Below, in pieces: positions 1 to 11,935 of a stretch of 64,000 bases of DNA. The notes beneath the pieces are model-generated. The model worked only from the letters and a program-made list of their open reading frames with translations, was not told the DNA's origin and ran no database searches. How positions within the stretch are numbered: the stretch's first letter is position 1; each line of letters starts with the position of its first letter. The stretch comes from Camelus ferus (Eukaryota): positions 10,914,001 through 10,978,000 of the forward strand of contig NC_045696.1 of assembly GCF_009834535.1 (NCBI RefSeq). Reading direction: 5' to 3'. A program made the translations under genes and the position numbers.

Positions 1-414
1 AGTTCTGTCTGATGCAGTCTCAGGCATGTAGTTCTTACAGCTGAGGAGTGTTAACAATCTCCAGGACTAAAAGAATGCATCGTAGGTCCATGGGTACACT
101 TGTCTTTAGTACTGCGTGGTTTGAAAAAATGAGGGGGTGGGAAAGTGTAAGTCACAATAATGTGGAAGTAATTACTTTAAAAATCAATGATAGTAAATTT
201 TAGAGTCTCTGGGCTCAGCTAATATCAAGATAATCAATGCAAATTTGGGGACATTGTTCCTCATGGTGTGGCATATTAAAGAATAAAACAACTCCATCAG
301 TTTGACCTCTCTGAACATTTGCTGCTTTTGCAATGGAATTATGCAAGTGTATGAAATTGCTTTTATTACAGACATCTTTATACTCCACCTGCCTTTTTTT
401 ATTTCCATTTGCAG

Positions 415-529
415 TCTGTTCAGTTCAGGAAGCTGCTATAACACTTGGTGCCAGTGTTTCCCAAACTCTAAATAATGTGTTTTCCATTTGTACTAACCAT
501 CAGGAAACTAGAATTTCTGGTTTCCTCAG
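415..529 (+). other. PAXBP1: PAXBP1 alternative stop-containing (poison) cassette exon
   Basis: Pyrimidine tract, then ttgcAG at 413-414; donor cag|GTATGT at 530; 115 nt. In phase 0 it reads SVQFRKLL then TAA (439-441), matching my recollection of a truncated human PAXBP1 isoform C-terminus. Confidence 0.75.
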
Positions 530-1452
530 GTATGTGTAGTGGTTGTTAGTGTTTTGTGAAAGTTTCATAGCATTTGGTTATAACATGAGGTATTTATAAA
601 GAGAAAGTTTTCTGGTTTCTTCTTTTTAAGTTAGGTTTCGTTCTATAAGCTTATGTATTCCATATGAACCAAGTGAATGCTTAGCTGTGGATAATAACCT
701 GGAAAAATTTGTTGACTTTGTAAACTGACAATTCATGCAAAGGATTTTATTACGAATATGGAAAAATTTAAACATTTGATAAGAAGAGAAGAACTTTCTG
801 AGTTTGAAATAGATTGATTTTAGATAGGTTAGTGATAGTTAGAAATTTTATTTACCTTATTAATGTAAATGAATGCAGTTCACATTTAAAATGTACAATA
901 CAGCTGCAAAATAGTGTAACTATTGCTATAAGGTACTTGGTACACATGAATGGCAGAGCAATTTAAGTGTTCAAAATTGGGCATTTAGCACACTCCTGTT
1001 CTTGTCTACTCAGAGCCATTTCATGTTTTTTGGTGCCACACTGCAATAATGGTTCATTTTAAACTATAAAAATTGCAAGGCAGATCATGTTGCTAGAAAA
1101 TTAAAAATAGACTTTCAAAAAGTTCTTCCAAATACTTTATTTTAGAAGAAAAGCACTAAAATTTCTGACATTTCTTTACTTGCTCTCTTTACTACTGTTA
1201 AAGTGTTAAGTTTCCTAACCAAACTTTTGCTCCAATAACTAGGCACTGGACATTATAGCTCTATATATGGATTAAAAGAAGAAGTGGTGTTTCCCAAACA
1301 TCCTAAAACTGAATTGCTATTTGTGTCCCATTAGGGATTCATGGTTATTCTGTCCAGAGGGTACTTTTTCAGAAATCCGGAAATAATATGGAACCCTCAG
1401 ATAAATAAGCAGCTGGGAGTTTGGTGTTACGGAGTGTGTTGTATTTTTACAG

Positions 1453-1576
1453 GTGCCACTGATTAATGAACTTGAATCAGCAATACATCAGCTGTACAAA
1501 CAGCGAGCTTCCCGCCTTGTCCAAAGACGACAAGATGATATTAAAGATGAATCTTCGGAGTTTTCAAGCCATTCAA
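1453..1576 (+). CDS. PAXBP1: PAX3/PAX7-binding protein 1 coding exon (about exon 8)
   Basis: tttttacAG|gtg...tcaa|GTCAGT; translates VPLINELESAIHQLYKQRASRLVQRRQDDIKDESSEFSSHS, recognised as PAXBP1; ends phase 1. Confidence 0.93.
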
Positions 1577-4500
1577 GTCAGTCCATCTTGAAGGTTTTTA
1601 TTATTCATTAAACAACCTTGTTTACTTAGTGCATCCTAATTGAAAATTAGACATCTCAGAGCATTTTTTTTTTTTAAGGAAATGAATTTCCTTGTTCTTG
1701 TGTCAGGTAGATCTAAAAATTATAATAGCATGTGCTTAGATTGTGTTTGAGAAAAATAGCTCGCAAAGGAGCTCAAATCATGCACTAGTATTCTATCAGT
1801 CTTACTCTTCTTTGGGTATATTTTTTCATTCTTTTGAGTATAGAAAAGACATTGTCAGTATTTTATCTTAAAACCACTGTTTATTTGACTCTTAATTGAT
1901 TTTTGCCCCCATTTTTATCTTGTTTATAACACTGATACAAATGCTATTGTTGATCATAGCAAAGATTTTTTAATTAGGAATTGAGAATTTTTGGATAGGA
2001 GGGGGGAGTTTTATATAACAAACGATATAACTCCAAGATTAGGGGAGTTTTGAGTTTCACCCCTTGGATAAAGCAAAATTTTTTGTATTTACATTTTTTT
2101 TAATATTTTCCAATTTGCCTTATATACTGGGTTTTTTAGTAGATCAGTTGATTCCTACACTTCTTAAAATTTTAATGTAAAAATTTGGAAATTGAATTTA
2201 TATTCCTTTCATTACATGTGTTAATTGAAAACCAAAATTAATTAGAAACCTCTTATTAAATAGTTTAGCTGAAATTCTTTAAACATCAGACATTTTAAAC
2301 CTTTTAATTCTATTTTTTCATTGCCCTCTGTATTCTTGGATGCTTGGGAATTTTCCTTCATTGAATTTCTTGTGGCTTCTTTTGTCATCTCTTTGGTCCC
2401 TATGTCAACAGTTATTAAATGGAAGTATGCATTGAAATTACCCATGATATTGGTTTAAAATGCAGATTTCTTGGTGCTGTCCCCAGGTCTTGGGTAGTGT
2501 CCAGTAATCTGCATGTTAAACAGCCACCCTAGGTGTTTCAGGTGCAAAGGGCCCTAAGTTACTATTCTTTCTGAAAAGAATACTTTGCCATATAGCATGT
2601 CCTCTAGATTAGAGAGACATTGGATCCCTAAGAAAACATTCTTTGTGCCGATGGGTTTTGGAACAGCATACAGAGGTGGAAATACGATAATCAGAGATGA
2701 GTCAGGCTCAGATATAAGCCATATGAGTGGCTTTGACCTTTTGTTTTTGCCACACATGTTTGAATTGGATTGTTGCCATGTTGGGCATCTAAGTGACTAA
2801 TGCATCCCTCCCAAATCACCTTTGATCCAGACAGAACCAGATTTCTGGGGCAGATTTCAGGTAATCTTTATACCTACGACGGGAGGTAATTTCCTTTTAA
2901 GTTAAGGTTGTGTGAGCTGTGCATTTTATCAGATACCTTTTCCTGCCTATATTCTGTTCTTTATAATTTGGAGCTATTTACTTACATGGAATTTGAAGTA
3001 AGAGTTGAATGATGGATGTTAATTAGATTGAGAGTTGGAAAGAAATGAAAGGTAATGAGAAAGTGAAAAATACTATCCTAGAGGGAGTATTCATTAATTG
3101 CCAAAGAGTTGAGGAAAATTGTGGGGGATATTAAAGTATCAATTCCTTTTCTGATCTTTTTTTGAAGAAACAAAACATAGCCTGAAATTCATCTGTTTAG
3201 ATTTGTAAACTTATCACAGTTATTGCATACAGTTCTTACAAAAATGAAGTAGGCTATCACTTGAGTCATCTACTCTTTTATCTCCCTCAATATATGTTTT
3301 ACAAAAAATATAGTAACATTTTAAGCATTTACTATAGTGAATTTTCTTTAAAATATTTCTTTAGTGAAGGCTACTGCTTAAAGAGGCAGGAATCACTTCT
3401 GTAGTTTGGGATGTCTTAGCTAATTCATCTGTAGCGTGTAGTGGAGTCACAGTTGAGGTAGAGCTGGGGCATCTTTCTCGTTTACTAATCTTTTGTGTAA
3501 TGTAAGCTCTGGAACACACTTCCTAATATCTTAAGCTGTTCTGAAATATGAATGAAAGACTCAGTGAAAAAGACAACTTTTAAAAGTAGTAGCATCTAGG
3601 TTAGTTAGGATACACTGAAGTAGATAAGAGCTAATTTTTGTTTTTATTTTTCCTGTTGCTGCTATTGGTGACACATCTTTGATATCAGGGAAAAAATAGG
3701 CCAAAGCCCTTAATTGTTGTCTTTCATTTTGCATGTGATTCCCCCATCATTGGATTTTTTGCTTCCTGTTACTATCCCATATATAAGAATATCTCCATAT
3801 AGGAAGTGAGGAAGTATCACAGACAGTTGTTTCCCCCACTCCTCCTCTACCCTAGGCGAGAGATTCGAGAACTCTTCTCTGAAGAAAGAGAATGGGTCCA
3901 GAGAAAAAACCCTGAGACACTAACATCTGGGGGCCCCAACAAAAAGTTGACTTTCTACCCAGTGATGTGATGGATATGCCTCAGTTAGACAACTCCCACC
4001 TATTCCATGGAATTTCCAATCTCATTCTTACATAGGAGGTAGTTAATGATCATCAGAGAGCAACACAAGCAATAGAACCAAAGGACTGAGGAAAAAGACT
4101 GCAGGTGGCAGGAGAAAATTTAAAACATAATTGATATCCTCAGGGAGATGCTAGAAGGTATCCTGTGCATAGTGCAAATAGAGGGTGCTGTAGAAGAGAG
4201 ATATTCTAAGACTAAGAACCATCTCTTGGAAACTAAAAAAATGTGGTAACTGAAATAGAAATTTAAATAGAAAGGTTGAAAGCTAAAGCTAGAGAATTGC
4301 CCTGGAAATTAAAAAATAGAGATGGAAAATGTGGAAAAAAAGAAATAAGAGCATTGTGCTTTGAAAGTAGTGTTTGAGAAAGCACGATTTGTTCCTATTT
4401 AGGTACGATTTTCAGTCTACATGTTGACTCTGCTCTTGTTCTAAAAATAGTAATAGAGAATTAATTTCTACAAAGAAAAATTAGAATAAATTATTAAACT

Positions 4501-4946
4501 CCTGCAACAAAGCTGCTTTTTCATCCTTCCTACCTTTGTTTCTTTGCTGTCATTTCATATCATTCAACATGTGGTGCTTAAGTTCATCCTTAAAAAAAAA
4601 TCTTAACTATTTTTCCCTTTGCACAAGTAATTCAGATTTTTAATTTATTTGGTCATCATGATAGCATAAACTAGTTCTGTTCTTAGTAGACATAAGAACA
4701 GTGATTAAGCCCAGTTGCATTTGTGTAGTGTTGTTGAGCTCTCTGTTTATTTTTCTACTCCTTTTTGTGGGAACACAATAATATTGAGATTTGCTCTGAA
4801 CTAGAAAACTGTCTGGTTTACTAGATACTGCAGAACCCTGCTGTTGAGATTCGTAAGCAGTCTGTCATTATGGCTTATTCTGTGCAAACTCTTTCCTCAA
4901 GATTGTTGAAGGAAGGCTTTTAATTTTAACCGTTACTGTTTTACAG

Positions 4947-5046
4947 ATAAGGCTCTGATGGCACCAAATCTTGATTCCTTTGGACGAGATCGGGCACTGT
5001 ATCAGGAGCACGCAAAGCGTCGGATTGCAGAACGGGAGGCCAGGAG
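4947..5046 (+). CDS. PAXBP1: PAXBP1 coding exon (about exon 9)
   Basis: ttacAG|at...ag|GTAGTT; (N)KALMAPNLDSFGRDRALYQEHAKRRIAEREAR; phase 1 to 2. Confidence 0.93.
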
Positions 5047-5133
5047 GTAGTTCTACCAATGCTTTCCTTTGGTTTGCTTGTGAAGGGTGGAGCCCCTTTT
5101 GTCTGGTGTGGGAGCTTGTTATTTGTTGTTTAG

Positions 5134-5249
5134 GACTCGTCGTAGACAAGCCAGAGAGCAAACTGGTAAGACGGCAGATCACCTTGAAGGCCTGTCCAGT
5201 GATGATGAAGAAACTTCTACAGATATTACAAACTTCAATCTGGAAAAAG
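5134..5249 (+). CDS. PAXBP1: PAXBP1 coding exon (about exon 10)
   Basis: tttAG|g...aaag|GTTAGA; (R)TRRRQAREQTGKTADHLEGLSSDDEETSTDITNFNLEK; follows an 87-nt intron. Confidence 0.93.
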
Positions 5250-5789
5250 GTTAGACATTTACTTGGAAATGAGATTCGTTGTGAGTAGGGTTTCTCCTTG
5301 GCTGTGGTTTTTACCATGAAATAGTTTGAAATTTTGTGGCCTCTGCTTTAGAATCAGGCACTTTTTGCTTAATTGTAAAAACTTGCACCCATTTTTTTTA
5401 TTATTGAATATCATGATGAGTTCTCAAGATCAGTGGTAACACTTTGTCGTGGGGTTTCTTTAGTACTTGCATCATAAATGGTATTAGCCTTCAGCATCAT
5501 AGAATTCTGAAAGTGACAAGAATATGTTTCAGATCCCAGGGGCAGCCCCATGCAGCCTGTATGGTCTAGAAAGTTAGGGCACTCAGCCCTAAAGGAGATT
5601 CCTGGTTTAGAGAGTCCTGAATAATTCAACCAAGAGGAATAGTTAGTGCTGCTACATGTCAGGCATTTTCAGAAGGATCTCCAAAGAAAAGTCTTCATTT
5701 CCCACCAATGGCTATAATTATTTGGAGTTATATTAAGTGCAGGCCCTTTGGAACTTAGTTGGAGAAGCTTATCCCCCCCCCCCTTTTTT

Positions 5790-6660
5790 ATAGTATATTT
5801 CTACATGTATTTCCAAACATAGGAAATTGGAAAGAATGACACACTGATAACTTGTATACCTGTCATCCAAATTCAACAGTTCTTACCATCATTTAACCAA
5901 GTTTGCTTTAACTCTCTATGTAGGGATATGTGTGTTTTGCTGAACCATTTGAGAGTGACTTAAAAACATCATAGCACTTCCCTCTAAACACTTTAGCATG
6001 TGTCTCCTAAAAATAAGGATGCTTTTCTACCTAATTGCAACACCACTATCACACCTGAGAAAATTAACTAAAATTTCTTAATACCATGTCTGTATTTAAT
6101 TTTCCTCAGTAGCAGCCCCACAAAAACTCTTGGGACTGTTCTTGTGGTTATTCTGTTTTTTCCAAACCTGGACCCATACAAGATTCCTGCCTTGCATTTG
6201 GTTGTTACATCTTTTTATCTAAAATTAATGAATATCACACATACTTACACATACATACACCCCTAGTATGTATTTGTTTAAGACATTAACTTTCTGAAGA
6301 GATTTTCTTGTAGAAAATCCTACATTCTAGATTTGTCTGTTTCCTCATGGTATTAACTTGTTCTTCCATTCACTGTACTTCTTGTAAACTGGGATTTAGG
6401 TCTGAAGTCTTGATAAGATTCAGATTAAACTTTTTTAGGTGAGAATACTTCATAAAAGATGCTGTTTCTTATTGCATAATACAGAGAGCAAATGTTAGAT
6501 CGTCCCACTATTGGTGATATTAAGATGGATCTTGAGAAGTAGGCTGTCATGACTAAAGCTCTCCATTATAAAGAGTTCTCTTTCTGAAGTCATATGAGGC
6601 ATTAGATAACCTTTCATTTAGAGATGCTAACATCCATTGCTGATACTTGTCTAAGTCAGT
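5790..6660 (-). mobile_element. Old L1 (L1MC/ME-like) 3' region
   Basis: gctgaaccatttgagagt...cctaaaaataaggat...tagattcagattaaac motifs. Confidence 0.65.
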
Positions 6661-7107
6661 TACTGCAGTCACCAGCATACTTTGAAAGAAGCGATATGAT
6701 TGGTCACTGATCATGGTACACATCTGTTATTTACACAGTGATTTGTGAGCTGAAGAGTTAGATACAGAGTTTGTACTTTAAGCAGTTACTCACAGTTACT
6801 ATACCATGGTAACTGAAATTTGAACCAAGATGTTGGGGACAGATATTATTTAAATTGTGCTGACAGAAGATGGTACATATTGAAACTGTACAAAACGAAG
6901 ACTGCCTGCATTGTGGTTTTCATGACAGACATTTGGAACCTAAACTTACCTCTGGTTATCCTTTCAGTTTCAGTTAACAATTATTCCTTTGTTAATAAGC
7001 CTATTTTATTGTTAGGCAAGCTGCAAAGAAAGCACTGAAAAAAAACTGTTTTTTCTACTGCATATTAAGTTACGGTTTTCTGTGGGGGTTTTTGTTGTTG
7101 TTTTTAG

Positions 7108-7307
7108 ATCGCATTTCAAAAGAGTCCAGCAAGGTTTTTGAGGATGTCCTTGAGAGTTTCTATTCAATCGATTGTATTAAATCCCAGTTTGAGGCATGGC
7201 GTTCAAAATACTACATGTCCTACAAGGATGCTTACATCGGTCTTTGTTTGCCAAAGTTGTTCAATCCCCTCATAAGGCTACAGCTTCTCACTTGGACTCC
7301 TCTTGAG
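7108..7307 (+). CDS. PAXBP1: PAXBP1 coding exon (about exon 11), GCFC domain
   Basis: tttttAG|atc...gag|GTGAGT; (D)RISKESSKVFEDVLESFYSIDCIKSQFEAWRSKYYMSYKDAYIGLCLPKLFNPLIRLQLLTWTPLE (inside ORF 7092..7331). Confidence 0.96.
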
Positions 7308-7959
7308 GTGAGTGGCTTCTGTCACTGTTAGAAAGCAATAGACCATGATGCCTGGGTAATTTTAATCTCAAAGCTAGGAGATGTAAGCTTGAGCAAAGTA
7401 TTTTTCAGGGGAGATAGGTCACGGAGCTATAATTGATAGAAATTATATCTGGGTATAATCTTATGATATTCACATTTATGCTCTGTCCCTCTTCAGGAGA
7501 GCTGTCTGTTGCTTTCTGATTTATATGCAGTGTCTTTCTCAATCAACTAAAAGTACACGTAATGACACTAAGATATGAATGTGAGTGAATAAGAATTTGG
7601 TTCTTTGGTCCCAGAAACTGTAAGAGCCTCATGGGAAAGCTCAATGAGGCCCATGTGAAATGGGGCCCTGAACTAAGTCACTGGTGATGGAAATCAGGAG
7701 AATGAGATAAACTGATGGATTTAAAAGGTAGCATCAGTAGGACCTGTTGCCTGTTACATAAGGGAGGAAACTAGAATTGTCTATATACATGTTAGTGGTC
7801 ATGTTTAAGATACAGTTTTGAAAGTTACCAACATATGGATGGAGCTGTGGGCATGAATGAGATGGGCTGGGCTCAGTATGTAAACTATTATGAAAAGAAG
7901 GCTGAGGGTGAAACCCTGGAAGCAACAGGGGGAAAAAAAAAGTAAGGTCTGGGAACCAT

Positions 7960-8305
7960 TCAACTCACAGCTCCTGGTGATTGCTCTTTGCTAGGCCTTG
8001 TGCCGTTCCACCTTGTGCATGTGGCTCCCTCCTCTGCCCCAGAGCTTCCAGCTGCCTCAGCCTCCCTGAACTCCAGTTTCTTCTCAAGTCAGCAAGACTG
8101 CCCCCTGCTTGCAATTCCTTTCCCTGCTCTGCAGTCCTGACCAGGAGCTCACCTCATTTCATTCCCTTCTTTCAGGGGTCACAGTCCTGTACTGCCAGTG
8201 GTCCATTGTTTGAAAATAGATGTTTCATAATATTTTATCCCATTTTTAGTTTACGACTGAAGGCTAAATCTAGTTCCTGTTAACTCTGCATGGCTAGACG
8301 CAGAA
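7960..8305 (-). mobile_element. Old L1 5' end fragment
   Basis: Reverse-complement similarity to the start of the L1 at 33330. Confidence 0.55.
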
Positions 8306-8352
8306 ACATCCACCATTTTAAATGTTTGGGTAACCTTTTAAATATTTTCCAG

Positions 8353-8497
8353 GCTAAATGTCGTGACTTTGAGAATATGCTGTGGTTTGAATCTTTGCTG
8401 TTTTATGGCTGTGAAGAGCGAGAGCAAGAAAAAGATGATGTAGATGTTGCACTATTACCTACCATTGTGGAAAAGGTGATTCTTCCTAAACTAACAG
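8353..8497 (+). CDS. PAXBP1: PAXBP1 coding exon (about exon 12)
   Basis: ttttccAG|gct...acag|GTAGAG; AKCRDFENMLWFESLLFYGCEEREQEKDDVDVALLPTIVEKVILPKLT. Confidence 0.96.
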
Positions 8498-9184
8498 GTA
8501 GAGATTACTGAATTGAATCTTCAAACACATTGGGTTTTTAAATCTATTTTTAGGAGCTTTTAATCAAAGCGTATTTTCTCATAGAAACTACATTATAAAT
8601 AATAAAGTTGCCACCGGGCCCAGAGTTACCTAAAGGGTACACGTTTCTCAACCTGGGATTTGAAGACCACCTTCAGGAGGGTCTGCAGCTGGGGACAGTA
8701 ATTGATCCATAGGCAAGTTTTAGACATTTAAGGACTGCCTGAAGCAAAACTGAATACATAGTTTTGGGACAGGGGAGCATATGCATTTTTCTGTGGAGCA
8801 GTTTTATTACTTTCATCAATTTCTCACAAAAGATTAGGAATCTTTGACATAGGAACCTATTTAAAATATTAAAAACAGAGCTCAAGTTCAGTTAAAAATT
8901 CTTCATGGAGGAGGCATCGCCTCCTAGGATATAGAAATCCTGCTTTCCCCAGTCTTATTTTCGCCAAGCACCAGAAAACAATGGGAGGCTGTCCCCTCTC
9001 ATCATTTGCCTAATCTTCAACATTCCCACAGTTAGCAGGACAAAGAAGACTGAAGCTTATACTCTAGAGAAAGAAAAAATAAACGTCGATTGGCATTTCT
9101 AAGTTGAGGACTGCTTGACATTAGATATAGTCAGCTGCAGATTTCTTCTGCATCTCACTATGTGCTACTTTTTTTCCTTAATAG

Positions 9185-9306
9185 TGATAGCTGAAAATAT
9201 GTGGGACCCCTTTTCTACAACACAGACTTCAAGAATGGTTGGAATTACACTAAAATTAATAAATGGATATCCTTCAGTAGTGAATGCAGAAAACAAAAAT
9301 ACACAG
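9185..9306 (+). CDS. PAXBP1: PAXBP1 coding exon (about exon 13)
   Basis: taatAG|tg...cag|GTAATT; (V)IAENMWDPFSTTQTSRMVGITLKLINGYPSVVNAENKNTQ. Confidence 0.95.
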
Positions 9307-10148
9307 GTAATTTAATTATTATCTATGAAACATTTAAAAATTTTTTAAACATTTATTATTTTATCTTCTTTCCTTTTGAAAATGAGTAAGAGTTGAGAGA
9401 ATTTGAGTGGTTATGTCCTTCTGCCGGAGCCAGCCAGAAAATCTGATTCTCCCATTTGGACCATTTGGTCCTTTATAGCGTGAAATATATAAAATTTAAG
9501 ATAATGGTTTTTAGTTTTAAAATATCTATATGTAAGGATGATACTATTAGTCTTGATAGACTCTGGTTTGTACTGTTGTCACCCTCCTCACCACCCCACC
9601 CCCATTCTCAACCAGAGTAATCAGACATCTCTTGAAGAACTGTATTTTTTAGGAAAAACGAAAACGTGAAACTAGTAGAAAAGGTAACGATGATTTAAAT
9701 ACTGAAACGTTTAAATAGCATATAAAACAACTAAGTATTGTTTTATAACTAGTTTCCAAGCTTCAAATGGCTACTATCCCCCACTGGACATTCTTATGAG
9801 CTATTTAGACTTGGACAAGTACTCTTTATCATTGTTTTATTTTCACTGACCTCGTTTTGAGAAGAACAGGATTATAGGTTTGATCTTAAGTCTTTATATA
9901 GTAGTAGTTTAAGGGGTTGGAAGCTTTTTAAATGGGTTCATTGCTTGGTAATTGAAGAAGGGTAAGCTAAGAGTAGTAAATATTAAAGACCTTAGACCCT
10001 TCAGTGGGGAAAGTAAAAAATTTGAGAAACTGTACACTCAAAATTGAGTACTCAGTTTATTATATGATTTGGAATATAGCTTATTTTTATTTCTTAAAAT
10101 TTTGTCATAACCCTTATTAAAATGCATGCTCAACTTTTAACCCTTTAG

Positions 10149-10225
10149 GTGTACCTGAAAGCACTTTTATTGAGGATGAGGAGAACTTTAGATGATGATG
10201 TATTCATGCCCTTATATCCCAAAAA
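10149..10225 (+). CDS. PAXBP1: PAXBP1 coding exon (about exon 14)
   Basis: ccctttAG|gtg...aaaaa|GTAAGT; VYLKALLLRMRRTLDDDVFMPLYPK; 77 nt, ends phase 2. Confidence 0.95.
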
Positions 10226-10471
10226 GTAAGTAACTCCTGAGAACATGAAATATGGTAACGTTTTCCATTATCTTTCAGAAAAGGCTTCTTAAATCCTGAA
10301 ACAACTAAACATAGCTTGAAACACAAACTTGATTTATGTATTGTAAACCTGTAGTCCAAAGAGACTAGTTCAGTGGGTAAATTGTTCCCTCAAGCGGAAT
10401 AAAGCAAATAATGCCCTTTATTCTCCTTCAGTATCTCAGAATAAATTGCCGTTACATTTATTTTCTGGAGT

Positions 10472-10596
10472 GGGGAGGTATAGCCCAAGTGGTAGAGCAC
10501 ATGCTTAGCATATACAAGGTCCTGGGTTCAACCCCCAGTACCTCCTCCAAAAATAGAAAAGTAAACCTAACTATCTCCCCCAACCAAAAAATAAAA
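10472..10596 (+). mobile_element. tRNA-derived SINE (Vic-1-like)
   Basis: GGGGAGGTATAGCCCAAGTGGTAGAG A-box head, GGTTCAACCCC B-box, A-rich tail. Confidence 0.85.
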
Positions 10597-10748
10597 TTAT
10601 TGTCTTCTGGAATATAGTTGTTTGAAAATTTGAAAAATTAGTTACTTCTTTTGTTCACCTTTTTTACTTGTACAAATGTTCTAGCAATCAGATGGCACTT
10701 CACATATAAAATATTTTTGATTGTGATGTGTTTGTCTTTTTTCCTTAG

Positions 10749-10815
10749 TGTCTTGGAAAATAAAAATTCTGGGCCTTATTTGTTTTTTCAACGACAGTTT
10801 TGGTCTTCAGTTAAG
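10749..10815 (+). CDS. PAXBP1: PAXBP1 coding exon (about exon 15)
   Basis: ttccttAG|t...aag|GTACGT; (N)VLENKNSGPYLFFQRQFWSSVK. Confidence 0.95.
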
Positions 10816-11439
10816 GTACGTGTCTGTAGGCTATCTAAACTAAAAGACCTCAGATTTTGTTTGACTTCATACATTATACCTTAAAAAGTATTTTAATATT
10901 TGGTTCAGTAACTTCATAGGCTTAGGTCTGTATCTAAATACAAAGTCTCCATTTTATAAACTGATTTTATTCCGAAAGTTTATTCAGGTTTGATGTTTCC
11001 AGAGGAGAAAATGAATCCTGAGTTCCAGTAAGGTCCACCTGGCCAGCAAAATGCCCTACTATACCATTGTTAATTTATTTAGCAAACAGAGTACTGCGCA
11101 CTCTTCTAAGCTGGGAAATGTAGCACTGAATAAGATAGAAGTAGAGCCTTCATGATGCTTATAATCCAGCACAATCGACAGATAGAAAATAAGTAATCTT
11201 CAGGTGTGATGAATTTTAATAAAGAAATTCAAAGTAGTATGGGAGCATATGACAAGGGGCACAGAGACCTTGATGGGTGGGTCCACCCTGAGGAAGTGGT
11301 ATTTCGGTTATTAGACTAGAAGAATAAATAAGAGTTGACCCTGGGGTGAGGGAGAGCAGGGCATACTAGAACTGAGAAAAGTCTAGGATGGCTAGAGTTA
11401 GGGAAGAGATAAGTGGTCCAAATGATACAGGAGCTGTAA

Positions 11440-11935
11440 TTTACATATAGACATGTAATCACTGCCCAGATCAAGTTGGATAATGCTTCCATCATCTCCC
11501 CCAAAATCTGTGTTCTTGATACAAGTACTTGATCAGATACATGATTTGCAGGGTTGTGGCCCCCCCATTCCTCCACCCCCCCAATCTGTGGCTTGTCTTC
11601 ATTCTCTTAACAGTCTTTCAAAGTGTTGAAGTTCTTCATTTTGATGAAGTCCAACTTAACAGTTTTTCCTGTTATGAATTGTCCTTTAGTTGTCATATCT
11701 AAGAAATCTTTGCCTAAAACAAGGCCACAAAATTTTTCTCTTATTGTTTCTTCTGGACATTTCATGGTTTTAGGTTTTACATGTGAGTCTATGATACATT
11801 TTGAGTTAAATTTTGTATAGTGCATGAGGCTTGGATTGAAGTTTGTTTGTCCCAGCATGGTTTGTTGAAAAGGCTACCCTTTTTTTATTAAGTTGTTTTT
11901 TGTACTTTTGTTGAAAATCAGTTGATCCTGTATGG
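11440..11935 (-). mobile_element. L1 fragment inserted within an L2 relic (L2 about 11070-12010)
   Basis: ORF 11607..11858 (-) resembles the L1 ORF2 C-terminus (LGKDFLDMT...KLDFIKMKNF). Confidence 0.8.

Noticed and set aside
4868..5317. 149-aa minus-strand and 105-aa plus-strand ORFs
   Set aside because: They are antisense or off-frame shadows of two real PAXBP1 exons.
10472..10545. tRNA genes at this and five similar loci
   Set aside because: They have A/B boxes but also A-rich tails, TSDs and divergent bodies, so they are SINEs rather than tRNAs.
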